35,077 bases of DNA. It comes from Patescibacteria group bacterium. GTDB taxonomy: Bacteria > Patescibacteriota > Patescibacteriia > UBA9934 > GWF2-40-263. The stretch covers positions 1 through 35,077 of the forward strand of contig SCSL01000008.1 in assembly GCA_004298405.1 (NCBI GenBank), written 5' to 3'. The translations under genes were made by a program, and so were the position numbers. Of the stretch, positions 9,733-18,866 are shown in pieces. Position 1 is the stretch's first letter, and each line of letters starts with the position of its first letter. The notes under the pieces were generated by a model. It made no database searches. It saw only the letters and a list, made by a program, of their open reading frames with translations, and was not told where the DNA came from.

Positions 9733-11022
9733 ATGAGCGGCATCGTTCTTTTCCCCGATGCACTACTGAAAGTGGCGATCCGGCTTGGCAGGACGCATGT
9801 CCTTGCTGCCGCCCCGACACGAGTCCAGATCCTAGTGGAAACGCGTCCCAGTGCGGCTTCAAAACAGATGACCGCGGCAACGGATCTGCGGTTCGTGGTC
9901 GATGTCTCCGGCTCGATGGCAGGTTCCACCAGGCCAGGTGAAGCCTCCAAGCTTGAAGTCGTCAAGAGGGCGATTCTCGGGCTCCTTGAGTCCTTGAATA
10001 CTCGCGACCACGTGCTTTTGTCCGTGTTCAGCACCCAAGGGAAACTCATCGTTCCCCTGACGCGGCTGGTCAATGACTCTGCGAAAAAGCGGATCTACGA
10101 TGCCGTGCAGGAACTCCAACCGGATGCAAGCACGAACATTTCCGCTGGACTCGAGCTCGCCCTGACTCCCGCGGTCGCGACGGACGTGCTCCCCCGCGTC
10201 ATTCTCTTCACGGACGGACAGTCATCCGATCCGACCACGGATCACCCACGACTCGACCAACTGGCGGATCTGGCGCGCACCCAGCTCATTCCGCTTTCGA
10301 TCTACGGGACAGGATCAGACTACAACTGGAGCCTGCTCCTGCAGACCGCCGCCCGAGCCGGCGGCGGGAGTTTCCTCAAGCATGTCATGGATGTCCAAAC
10401 GCTCGAGGGACACATGATCGCGGAACTGGCATTCCTGCGCGGTACGGCGATCGATCGATTCCAAATCGAAGGTCGCGTTGCCAGCGCAGACATCGCGCTC
10501 GTTGGCGCAACCGCACTGATGCCGCAGATCAGGAACCTGGAGCTGAGGAATCGTAACTCGTTCATCGATCTGACAGGAGCCGTCGATCTCCATCGCGGAG
10601 CTCAGTACCTCCTGGAGGTCGAGGTCCCCAGGCCCGTTCCAGGCGAGACAGAACTTCTTCACCTGAGGTTCCGCGGTCGGAACCGAACGACGGGACAGCG
10701 CTTCGAGCACACCGCGCATGTGCCCGTCACGTTCGTCAGCCAGGCTTCACAGCAGTCTCCCGTGGACGAGCAGGTGCGCAAGGTGTTGATCCTCCTCGCC
10801 GCGGCCAAGCAGGCTGAGGCAGGAGTCTACGATCGCGCCGCCAACCTGTACCGACGCGGTGGAGACGGGGCAACCGCAACGGTGATGGAAGGTCTCCACG
10901 CGGCCTCGCAACGACCTGGGGCTGATGCGGTCGACCTGGGGCGTGAAGCCACGACGCATGCCTACGGAGCAGCCACCGAGTTCTTCACCCAGGTACACAA
11001 ATATCAAAAAGGGGGGTCGTGA
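9733..11022 (+). CDS. von Willebrand factor A (vWA) domain protein
   Basis: MIDAS DxSxS (VVDVSGSMAG) followed by RVILFTDGQSSD. I recognise nothing in the C-terminal half. ATG 9733 is preceded by GGTGGAGG (9721-9728); the track start at 9706 is an extension. Confidence 0.8.
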   Translation: MSGIVLFPDALLKVAIRLGRTHVLAAAPTRVQILVETRPSAASKQMTAATDLRFVVDVSGSMAGSTRPGEASKLEVVKRAILGLLESLNTRDHVLLSVFSTQGKLIVPLTRLVNDSAKKRIYDAVQELQPDASTNISAGLELALTPAVATDVLPRVILFTDGQSSDPTTDHPRLDQLADLARTQLIPLSIYGTGSDYNWSLLLQTAARAGGGSFLKHVMDVQTLEGHMIAELAFLRGTAIDRFQIEGRVASADIALVGATALMPQIRNLELRNRNSFIDLTGAVDLHRGAQYLLEVEVPRPVPGETELLHLRFRGRNRTTGQRFEHTAHVPVTFVSQASQQSPVDEQVRKVLILLAAAKQAEAGVYDRAANLYRRGGDGATATVMEGLHAASQRPGADAVDLGREATTHAYGAATEFFTQVHKYQKGGS

Positions 11023-11597
11023 TGCCCACCTGCAAGAAGTGCTCTGGATCTTACGTTCATGGACAGATCATCTGTCCTAACTGTGCAGAGGATCTCGACG
11101 AACCGTTGGCTCTCGAAAGCCCGCCGGCACAGCTCTTGCCCGTCGCTGGCGTGTATGAGGGAGTCGTTCACATCGGTCGCACGATCACTCTGAACGTCAT
11201 CGAAATCGACGACCGTACGTTCCCAGAAGGAAGATACTTCGCGATCATCCCCGTCCAGAGGCTCCAGGTGCCAGTGCGTATTGGACGCATGGATCTGAGC
11301 CAATTTCCCCACATCCTCCCCGAGTTTAATTTAGGAGGACTGCTGGCGAACCTGCAACCTGGTTTGCGACCGGTCGTGTCACGTTTGCACGCAACACTTC
11401 AACTCGAACGGGAGGCTCCCGTCGTCAAACCTCTCGTCGACCATAGCGCCGCGACGTGGGTACGACATACAGGAAGCGACCGGTTCTCGCCGATCCCGCC
11501 CAACACACTCCGGCGGCTGGAAGACCGGGACTGCATTGTCCTGGGTCACCCAAAGGGTCGACACGTGACCTTGCGTGTCGTCTTCAGCCATCCGTGA
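11022..11597 (+). CDS. zinc-ribbon + FHA domain protein
   Basis: N-terminal CKKC-x10-CPNC ribbon. FHA signatures are VRIGR ... VSRLHATLQLE ... TWV ... DCIVLG. The ATG overlaps the vWA stop (TGATG) and is preceded by a G-rich SD (AAGGGGGG). Confidence 0.7.
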   Translation: MPTCKKCSGSYVHGQIICPNCAEDLDEPLALESPPAQLLPVAGVYEGVVHIGRTITLNVIEIDDRTFPEGRYFAIIPVQRLQVPVRIGRMDLSQFPHILPEFNLGGLLANLQPGLRPVVSRLHATLQLEREAPVVKPLVDHSAATWVRHTGSDRFSPIPPNTLRRLEDRDCIVLGHPKGRHVTLRVVFSHP

Positions 11598-11613
11598 GAC
11601 TCAGCCCACTCTT

Positions 11614-11662
11614 CCCACCATAGCCTCGAGATTCTCGAAAGGCGGGTGGGATTTTCATTTTC
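11614..11662 (+). terminator. rho-independent terminator candidate after the FHA gene
   Basis: CCCACC ... GGTGGG stem with an internal sub-hairpin, followed by ATTTTCATTTTC. Confidence 0.5.
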
Positions 11663-11704
11663 TTCAACCAGGTCGGTGGCTTAGCCACCGACACATAAGC
11701 AAAA

Positions 11705-11729
11705 CTCGGCTTTACGCCGAGCTTTTTTT
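11705..11729. terminator. bidirectional rho-independent terminator shared by convergent operons
   Basis: The CTCGGC-TTTAC-GCCGAG hairpin is followed by TTTTTTT on the plus strand. On the minus strand it is preceded by the matching A-run and followed by TTTTGCTT. It starts right at the TAA of the minus-strand large-subunit gene. Confidence 0.65.
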
Positions 11730-13281
11730 ACATGTCTGTTCCTGAGTAACTGAGGTTGAGCGACTTGTTACAGAGGGGAAAGTCCGGGACGATGTTTCCT
11801 GGCCCAAGCTCGCCAAAAAGAGCCCAGTTACAGAACGACGGATCTCGTGGCATACAGCGTTCGATTTTTCCATCCTTAAGGTGCACCACCGTGAGAACCT
11901 CGCCACGCCAGGACTCCACAGCCCCAATCCCTACTCCATCTTTGAGGTCTATTGGCGTGGTCACATCCGTCTCTGGATAGAGATCCAGTGCAGCTAACAG
12001 AACATCGAGCGACACAGCAAGCTCATCCACACGACATCGATAGCGGGCATACACATCTCCTTGAGTCGCGCAGACGAACTTCCAGGGAAGTTCTGCGTAG
12101 ATTGCATACGGATGAACTAAACGAACGTCTCGCATCACGCCTGAGGCACGCGCAGGAAGTCCGACGGCTCCGTAGGCGACGGCGGCTTCATGCGTAAGAA
12201 CGCCGCTTGTTTCTAATCGTTCTCGTAATCCATCAGATTGCATCGCCATGGCTACCAAGTCCTGAATTTCTTTGACGGCCTCTGTGGCTACAGCTTTGAC
12301 ATGTGCGCACTCGTCCATTGTCCAGTTACGAGTAACGCCTCCGGGAACAATGGCGCCACGCCAGAATCGGTTGCCCAAAAGCGACTGTGACAGTCGCACG
12401 AGACGCTCCTTCACACGGAACCCATTTGCCGCCATGAGCGTATAGCCGGTTCCCATGCCCGCGATGTTAGCGAGGTCATGGATGTGCATGGTGAGACGTT
12501 CCAACTCACAGAAGGCAACACGCAGAGCCTGCGCCCGCTCTGGAACTTTTGTGCCAGAAATTTTTTCCACAGCCTGACAAAAGGCGAGTGCGTGGGATGC
12601 GGCCATATCGCCAGACAAACGTTCGATAAATGGAAGTGCTTCCTCTGGCGTCTTTCCCTCAAGAAGTTTCTCCACGCCTTTATGCGTAAAAAACAGCTTT
12701 CCCTCGAGCGTAATGATTCGCTCTCCCGCGACATTGAATCGAAAATGTCCTGGTTCGATAATACCGGCGTGAATCGGACCAACAGGAATCTCGTAAATCC
12801 CCTCCCCCTCAACATGATGCATGGGGTACGGAATTTGGGCGTGGTCGAGTTTTGTGTCCCAGGCAAAATCTTTTCTCAGCGGATGCGTTCCTTCCGGAAT
12901 ATTTTCGTGGTGAACCAGCCGGCGTGGATCTGGATGACCCTCTGGGGTGATCCCAAACATATCCTGAAGATATCGCTCGTACCAATGCGCCGCCATCACC
13001 GATGCCGTAAGGGATGGATATTGTGCGTTGGATTCTTCAACCGATGTAGAAATGACCAACCAGCGAGATTCTTCATCCAAAGATAAAACCGCATGAACAC
13101 CAAATGTGTTCTCTTGCACCCGGTCATCTGTGGCATAGACCAACGACACAGGAAGTCCGGCTTCCTTGCTCAATTTCTCAACCAAAGGAGCAAATGCAGA
13201 GGCCTCAACCTGACAGCGTACTTCATCGACGTGAACGGAAACGCGAGGAGGAAGCAAAGGTTGGATCTGTTCGTATGTCAT
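11728..13281 (-). CDS. group-4 [NiFe]-hydrogenase-like large subunit (fused NuoC-NuoD, HycE/HyfG-like) lacking all four NiFe cysteines
   Basis: NuoC-like N-terminus (WYERYLQDMFGITPEGHPDPRRL, HPLRKDF). NuoD/HycE-like core (EIPVGPIHAGIIEPGHFRF, THKGVEKL, PRDPSFCNW). The ligand positions read ERLSGDMAASH and NLSYSGTDM. ATG 13281 forms an ATGA overlap with the upstream stop; the track start at 13344 is an extension. Confidence 0.85.
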   Translation of the reverse strand: MTYEQIQPLLPPRVSVHVDEVRCQVEASAFAPLVEKLSKEAGLPVSLVYATDDRVQENTFGVHAVLSLDEESRWLVISTSVEESNAQYPSLTASVMAAHWYERYLQDMFGITPEGHPDPRRLVHHENIPEGTHPLRKDFAWDTKLDHAQIPYPMHHVEGEGIYEIPVGPIHAGIIEPGHFRFNVAGERIITLEGKLFFTHKGVEKLLEGKTPEEALPFIERLSGDMAASHALAFCQAVEKISGTKVPERAQALRVAFCELERLTMHIHDLANIAGMGTGYTLMAANGFRVKERLVRLSQSLLGNRFWRGAIVPGGVTRNWTMDECAHVKAVATEAVKEIQDLVAMAMQSDGLRERLETSGVLTHEAAVAYGAVGLPARASGVMRDVRLVHPYAIYAELPWKFVCATQGDVYARYRCRVDELAVSLDVLLAALDLYPETDVTTPIDLKDGVGIGAVESWRGEVLTVVHLKDGKIERCMPRDPSFCNWALFGELGPGNIVPDFPLCNKSLNLSYSGTDM

Positions 13282-14756
13282 AGAGATAAAATGGTGGCGC
13301 TGATCTGAGTGAGAAACGGCCAGCCCTGTCCTGAGAGCATCCAAATACCAAACACAAACCCAACGACAAGCTGAACGCTCATAACCGTGTGTGTGAGATT
13401 CCAGGTTTCCACGGGGACATCTTGCTTCTCCTCTGGCGTCACGGGGAAGAACAAGAGTTCAAATAAGTGTCGCATCAGGCCAAGCCCTGCCATCGTAATT
13501 CCCAAGAGCGCGATTCCGGTGAGAAGCGGGTGCACCGACATTCCCTCGCCAACCAACACATACTCGCTCAAGAAAAGTCCTGAGGGAGGAACCGCAATGA
13601 GGAAGAGAGCAGCAAACAGAAAGAGGATTCCTGTGCGCGGAGCGCGTTTCATCACATCATGGACAAGATGAAATTTTGTAGATTCGAATCGTTGAAGAAG
13701 CTCGCCTGCGCCAAAAAAGAGTGTTGATTTTGCCAGAGCATGTCCGATCATGTGCACGGTAAAGGCAATCATGCCAAGAGGTCCAAGACCGATCAGAAAC
13801 GCCATGATCCCCATGTGCTCAACACTGTGATAGGCAAGCATGCGTTTGTAATTGCGCTGGATCAGAAGAATAAACGCTGGGAGTAAAATGGAAAAGACAC
13901 CAAAGATCAGGAAGAACTGATTTGTCCATGTATTTGATTCAAGCGTCTGGTCAACAACTCCCTTAAACCTCAACAAGGTAAAGAATGCCACATTGAGCAA
14001 GATACCTGAAAGCATGGCGGAAACAGGGGCGGGAGTTTTGCTATGCGCATCCGGGAGCCAGGTATGCATGGGGACCAGTCCAATTTTGGTTCCAAAACCA
14101 ATGAACAAGAAGACGAACGCCCACATGACAATGCCTGGATCCATCAATGGCGCAACCTCAGACAGCAGATTGAGACGAAATGCTTCCGCCTCTTGTAAAC
14201 CCGCGTTCAGACCTGCGTACCCCATCACGAGGATTCCAAATAGTCCAAGCGCAATACCCGTCGAGCAGATAACAATGTATTTCCACGCAGCCTCCATGGA
14301 AGACTTCTTTCCGTAAAAGGAGACGAGAAGTGTTGTTGAGAGGGTCGTCATCTCGAGTGCCACCCAGAGCAGTCCTGCGTTGTTCGCAAAAATCGCCACA
14401 AGCATGGAGAGAACAAAAATAGGAATACTTCCCATGTACAAACGCACATGGCGGATGGACAAAATTCCCTTGCGCGTCTCAACATCCAAGTAATAATAAC
14501 TCACGACCATTGCGCAGGCGTATAGCCACGCCACCAACAATCCCATGAGGGAGGAGAATCGACTGACAGTCCACCAGGATGTCCCCCACCCTGGAGCTAT
14601 TCCAAGGAGAACCGGTCCGAAAAACCAACCCAATGAGAAGAGGGTGGCTAGAGACGTGATGAGACCAACCCATCGCCGTGCGCGACCGTCCATGCGTGGA
14701 AGCAAACAGATAAGCGAGGACAGGAGCAGAATTCCAAATGGAAGAAGTAATGACAT
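13278..14756 (-). CDS. HyfF/NuoM-N-like antiporter-type membrane subunit
   Basis: 492 aa, about 14 TM. Contains LEMTTLS (TM5 Glu) and FGTKIGLVPMHTWLPDAH (TM7 Lys motif), both typical of Mrp/NuoLMN-type subunits. Confidence 0.8.
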   Translation of the reverse strand: MSLLLPFGILLLSSLICLLPRMDGRARRWVGLITSLATLFSLGWFFGPVLLGIAPGWGTSWWTVSRFSSLMGLLVAWLYACAMVVSYYYLDVETRKGILSIRHVRLYMGSIPIFVLSMLVAIFANNAGLLWVALEMTTLSTTLLVSFYGKKSSMEAAWKYIVICSTGIALGLFGILVMGYAGLNAGLQEAEAFRLNLLSEVAPLMDPGIVMWAFVFLFIGFGTKIGLVPMHTWLPDAHSKTPAPVSAMLSGILLNVAFFTLLRFKGVVDQTLESNTWTNQFFLIFGVFSILLPAFILLIQRNYKRMLAYHSVEHMGIMAFLIGLGPLGMIAFTVHMIGHALAKSTLFFGAGELLQRFESTKFHLVHDVMKRAPRTGILFLFAALFLIAVPPSGLFLSEYVLVGEGMSVHPLLTGIALLGITMAGLGLMRHLFELLFFPVTPEEKQDVPVETWNLTHTVMSVQLVVGFVFGIWMLSGQGWPFLTQISATILSL

Positions 14757-14758
14757 AC

Positions 14759-15424
14759 TTAGTCAGTCAGCTTACTCAAGTGAGATGTATCATGCGTTCC
14801 AAACAGTTCTTGAACGCGGTGGCTCAAGGTCGCCATCAAAATGGCGCCAATCAACACCGCGGAGTACACACCAAATTCAATCGCCACAGGAATCCCTCCC
14901 AAGGCACTCAAAGAAAATGCGGCGATCCCATTTTCCAGCACGAGGAAACCGATTAATTGCGACAAGAGATCACGTCGCAAGATCATCATGACCATCCCCA
15001 CGAGAATGACCCCCACGGAAATGGGAAGGAGTTCAACCAGTTGACTTGTTCCCTCTCCCACAATGAGGAGGGGGGAACGAAATGCCAGGAAGATGCCGAA
15101 GGCAAAAACGAGTCCGCCAATGAACCAACTTGCCGAAGGTCGCAACGAGGAAGAGAGACGCAACGAGGCTCCTGAACGTTCGGCCATTCGTCGAATCACA
15201 AAGGGAACCAACAGGGCTTTGACGGCTACGACCGCGACGGCGACGGGGATGAGATGAATGGCCTGTTTCTCGTACGCCAGAGCCAGGGCAAGGCCGCCCA
15301 GAGCCACGGAAGAAAACGCATACGACCGCAGAAGGCTGGGCAACCGCATAAGCGTGAAAGACGCGAGGGTTCCGGCAACGAACAATCCCAGCATGAACAT
15401 CGAAAAAAGTGAGAGGGTGGTCAT
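14759..15424 (-). CDS. HyfE-like small membrane subunit
   Basis: 221-aa polytopic protein of HyfE size, positioned between the HyfC-like and HyfF-like genes. ATGA overlap at 15421-15424. Confidence 0.6.
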   Translation of the reverse strand: MTTLSLFSMFMLGLFVAGTLASFTLMRLPSLLRSYAFSSVALGGLALALAYEKQAIHLIPVAVAVVAVKALLVPFVIRRMAERSGASLRLSSSLRPSASWFIGGLVFAFGIFLAFRSPLLIVGEGTSQLVELLPISVGVILVGMVMMILRRDLLSQLIGFLVLENGIAAFSLSALGGIPVAIEFGVYSAVLIGAILMATLSHRVQELFGTHDTSHLSKLTD

Positions 15425-16344
15425 ACAACAAGAATGAGAATCAATCCAGACAAGGCAAGAAAGAACGCAATGCTCATGTACTCCTGCATACGGAAGAAGC
15501 GCATTTTTGCCATCGAGGACTCAAGCAGAGCTAACACAAACGAACCGACACAAACACTCACAAGAACGCCCAACACCCCAAGGCCGATCGTCGGCGCATC
15601 CAAATACATTTCTGGTTTTATCCAAACGAGATTCCCTAAGACCAACAGAAACACCGTGAGCTTGATCGAGGAAGCATATTCAAGCATGGCAAGATACGGA
15701 CCGGAATATTCCAAAACCATCGCCTCGTGCACCATGGTGAGTTCAAGATGTGTCGCTGGATTATCAACAGGATAACGAGCATTCTCGGCAAGGGTGATCA
15801 AGATCAACGCAGAAAAACTCAGAAGCAATGCGGGATGGGTCAACGCCGTCATCCCTTGGCCGAATAGGCTCTGGACAGAAGCACTTCCTGCAACGGTCGC
15901 AAAGGCGGCAAAGGTCGTCAGCACGGCTGGTTCAATAAGCGCAGCAAGGGTCATCTCACGACTCGCCCCCATGCCTCCAAACGCCGTAGCCGCATCAAGT
16001 CCACCAAACACAAGAAACACGGAACTGAGTGCCAACACCCCCGCAAGGACAAAGAGATCAACGTGGGCAATACCGCCATCGGAAAATACGAGCGGGAGAG
16101 AAAGAGCGAGGAACACCGCAACACCCAGAACCATGAACGGAACGAAACGAAACATCCAAGACCGGCTTGCAGAGATCACATGTTCTTTCTTGAGAGTGGT
16201 CAGGAGCGCAAAATACATAAGCAAAGGCGAAGCTCCCTGTCTTCCCTGCAGTCGCGCCTTGAACCATCGGATCAATCCCGTGACGAACGGGGCAATCAAG
16301 AGAACAAGAATAACCTGGATGATGAGCATGAGAATCGTGATCAT
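15421..16344 (-). CDS. HyfC/HycD/NuoH-like membrane subunit
   Basis: The N-terminus MITILMLIIQVILVLLIAPFVTGLIRWFKARLQGRQG is typical of the NuoH/HycD family; about 8 TM. ATG 16344 forms an ATGA overlap with the HyfB-like stop; the track start at 16527 is an extension. Confidence 0.8.
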   Translation of the reverse strand: MITILMLIIQVILVLLIAPFVTGLIRWFKARLQGRQGASPLLMYFALLTTLKKEHVISASRSWMFRFVPFMVLGVAVFLALSLPLVFSDGGIAHVDLFVLAGVLALSSVFLVFGGLDAATAFGGMGASREMTLAALIEPAVLTTFAAFATVAGSASVQSLFGQGMTALTHPALLLSFSALILITLAENARYPVDNPATHLELTMVHEAMVLEYSGPYLAMLEYASSIKLTVFLLVLGNLVWIKPEMYLDAPTIGLGVLGVLVSVCVGSFVLALLESSMAKMRFFRMQEYMSIAFFLALSGLILILVV

Positions 16345-18314
16345 AGAGCAATCCAAAGGGTAAGGATGAGGGTCACAAAAATCAGCAAGAGATAAAAGCG
16401 GACATTCCCACTTTGGATTCTCTTCACGTGCTGGGCTGTCCCCAAAAGAAATCGTCCGGCAGGAATATATCCGTAGTCCATCCAGATCGAACGAAGATTG
16501 AGCGTCGACGTATGGGAAACAATCCACGGGTTGGTTGCGGCAACCGGCCGAGTTTCAATCTGCTTCTTGGTTCGTAAAATCAGTCGAAAGAAAAATCGAA
16601 TGGGCGCGGAGAACGCGGTGGCGGTGTACTCCATACTGGCGTTGATGGGTTGTCCGCAATCCCAACCGTGATATTCCCGTTCATGTTCCACACGACTGAC
16701 CAATCGTCGACCAACCCAAACAAGAAACACACACCCGATAAGCAACCAAAGAATGAGTGAGGGTTGGATCGTCGCGCTTCCAACGGCGAGTTCTACTGGC
16801 GAGGCGGTTAAGGAGACTCCTCCAATGAGCGTCAGAACCGTCGGTGCATAGATTCCCAAAACAAGAACCGCGACCGCGCAAACACCAATGGAAAGCAATT
16901 CTCCGGAGGCTGGAAGTTCATGAACTTCCTTGCCTCGAGGTTCAGCCAGCATCGAAAGAGCAAACAGCTTCACCATGGCAAAAATCGCCAATCCTCCAAC
17001 GAGCGCAAGAAGCGCGAATGTGAAGATCAGAACCGCGCTCACCAACGGACTTGTCGTGGAGAAACTCTGTAAGAGTCCCTGAAAAAATATCCACTCCCCA
17101 AAGAACGGACCAAATGGTGGCAAGGAGGCGGCTGCAAGTGCCAGCACACAGAAGGAGATAGAAAGTCCTGGAAGTCGCTTGGCAAGTCCCCCCATCATTT
17201 CAATATTGCGTGTGTGGACAGCTCGCACGACAACCCCAGAAACAAGAAAGAGACCGGTCTTGAAAAGCGCGTGCGCAATGGTGAAGAAAACCGCGGCAAC
17301 GATCGCTGTTTGATACAACCCATCCAATCCCCTGTCCGCCGCAAAAAACGCCATGCCGATCATCGCAAAAATGAGTCCGATATTTTCAATACTGCTAAAC
17401 GCGAGCGTTCGCTTGAAGTCGCGATCGACAACGGCGTACAAAACGCCATACAAAGCCGTCAACAGTCCCACGCCAAGCACAACAAGGGATGCACCCGTGC
17501 CAATGGGAGGAAGAATAAACAATAGGACTCGAAGGAATCCGTAGATCGCCACTTTCAACATGACCCCGGACATGAAGGCAGAGATGTGGCTCGGCGCCGC
17601 GGGGTGCGCTTCCGGAAGCCACACGTGAAAAGGCGCAATGCCGGCTTTAGAACCAAAGCCAAAAAAGAAAAGCCCAAAACAAGTCCAGAGCAACCAGGAA
17701 GGCGCGATCCAGGCCATGGAGGCCAGTGTGGAAAAATCAATAAACAACGAACCCTGCGACAAGAGGAGAAACGCCGCCAGGAGAGCCGCGGCTCCTAGAT
17801 GTGTCATAACCAAGTACAGAAGCGCGGCGCGAATAGCGCTTTGTGATCGATCACTCAGTACGAGAAAAAACGAGGCAATGGACATCACTTCCCATCCCGT
17901 CATGAACGCGAGTGTACTATGCGACAGAATGACGATCTGCATCCCAAGCACAAACGCTGCGACAAGCGCATTCAAACTCGGCACATGATACGTTTCTTGG
18001 TAGGAACGCACATAGGGGCGGGCGTAGATGGCACACAGGATGCTCACAAACGAAATGAGCGAAAAGAAAATTGCTCCAAAGAGATCCAACTGGAACACCG
18101 GGGAAAATTCTGCAAACTCGACAAGGATCTGTAATCCTCTTTCAGGAGCGAGAAAAATTTTGAAACTCGCGCTCAGTCCCAGGATACCTGAAACGACAAG
18201 CAGGATCTGCGAAAGTTTGTGAAATACCAGAGCGCGTCCACCCAAGGCAATGACGCCTGAGAGCACAGTGAACAGTAAACTTGCAAACAAAATATTTTCA
18301 CTTAGCCACAACAT
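16341..18314 (-). CDS. HyfB/NuoL/MrpA-like antiporter-type membrane subunit
   Basis: 657 aa, matching HyfB in size. Contains GWEVMSIASFFLV and FGSKAGIAPFHVWLPEAHPAAPSHISAFMSG. Confidence 0.85.
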   Translation of the reverse strand: MLWLSENILFASLLFTVLSGVIALGGRALVFHKLSQILLVVSGILGLSASFKIFLAPERGLQILVEFAEFSPVFQLDLFGAIFFSLISFVSILCAIYARPYVRSYQETYHVPSLNALVAAFVLGMQIVILSHSTLAFMTGWEVMSIASFFLVLSDRSQSAIRAALLYLVMTHLGAAALLAAFLLLSQGSLFIDFSTLASMAWIAPSWLLWTCFGLFFFGFGSKAGIAPFHVWLPEAHPAAPSHISAFMSGVMLKVAIYGFLRVLLFILPPIGTGASLVVLGVGLLTALYGVLYAVVDRDFKRTLAFSSIENIGLIFAMIGMAFFAADRGLDGLYQTAIVAAVFFTIAHALFKTGLFLVSGVVVRAVHTRNIEMMGGLAKRLPGLSISFCVLALAAASLPPFGPFFGEWIFFQGLLQSFSTTSPLVSAVLIFTFALLALVGGLAIFAMVKLFALSMLAEPRGKEVHELPASGELLSIGVCAVAVLVLGIYAPTVLTLIGGVSLTASPVELAVGSATIQPSLILWLLIGCVFLVWVGRRLVSRVEHEREYHGWDCGQPINASMEYTATAFSAPIRFFFRLILRTKKQIETRPVAATNPWIVSHTSTLNLRSIWMDYGYIPAGRFLLGTAQHVKRIQSGNVRFYLLLIFVTLILTLWIAL

Positions 18315-18317
18315 AGA

Positions 18318-18848
18318 TTACGAATGTTTCTTAAGCGCCCCAGTGAGCGCTTCCAACATCTGAGTCGGCGAGGGTGGATCACCGGGAATTTTTAGGTGAA
18401 CGGGGATGACATTCTCAACCGCGCCAACCACCGCATACGAATCTTTCCAGATTCCTCCGGTGCAGGCCCCATCCCCTACCGCCACGACGATGCACGGTTG
18501 CGGTGCCGCCTCATACGTCGTTCGCACAGCGGTTTCCAAATTTCGTGTCACAGGTCCCGTGACGAACAACATATCCGCATGACGAGGCGAGGCAACAAAA
18601 GACAGCCCGAAACGCTCAATATCATAGTACGCATTTCCAAGGGCTGTTAATTCAATCTCTTCCGCGTTCGTTGAACCACCATCGACAGCTCGAATACGCA
18701 GTGATCGACCTGCATACAGAGAATCAATGATCTCTTTTAACTCCTTTCCTGCTGATTCCAGAGTTTCATCTGATGCAGAAAATGAAGACATTTTTTCTGT
18801 GACCCGAGGTCCAAGAAACAGGGTTCGTAAAAGCTTGAGAATATACAT
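18318..18848 (-). CDS. NuoB/HycG/HyfI-like small subunit lacking the [4Fe-4S] cysteine ligands
   Basis: Family core YYDIERFGLSFVASPRHADMLFVTGPVTRN and VIPVHLKIPGDPP. The cysteine motif positions read VDGGSTNAEEIE, GDGACTGG and PGDPP. ATG 18791 (MSSFSAS...) is an alternative start. Confidence 0.8.
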   Translation of the reverse strand: MYILKLLRTLFLGPRVTEKMSSFSASDETLESAGKELKEIIDSLYAGRSLRIRAVDGGSTNAEEIELTALGNAYYDIERFGLSFVASPRHADMLFVTGPVTRNLETAVRTTYEAAPQPCIVVAVGDGACTGGIWKDSYAVVGAVENVIPVHLKIPGDPPSPTQMLEALTGALKKHS

Positions 18849-18866
18849 AGATTGTAAAGCGCCAAG

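Noticed and set aside
11598-11727. Possible tRNA or small RNA gene in the 130-bp spacer with three stem-loops
   Set aside because: There is no cloverleaf, no anticodon-arm geometry and no T-loop GTTCRA motif. The hairpins are followed by T-runs and sit between convergent operons, so terminators or repeat units explain them.
13282-13344. N-terminal extensions of track ORFs (large subunit to 13344, HyfC-like to 16527, MreC to 4863, helicase to 9711, vWA from 9706, atpF to 25232, atpZ-like to 26605, PBP2 to 3453)
   Set aside because: Each extension overlaps the upstream gene or a predicted promoter. Each is replaced by an internal ATG that gives an ATGA/TAATG junction or aligns with the family N-terminus. 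The track appears to take the longest ATG/GTG/TTG-initiated frame.
11728-18848. Annotating the operon as a functional [NiFe] hydrogenase-4 / formate hydrogenlyase
   Set aside because: All four NiFe cysteines and the small-subunit Fe-S cysteines are absent at the expected motif positions. No HycF/HyfH, HyfA, FdhF or Hyp genes accompany it. Only the hydrogenase-like label is justified.
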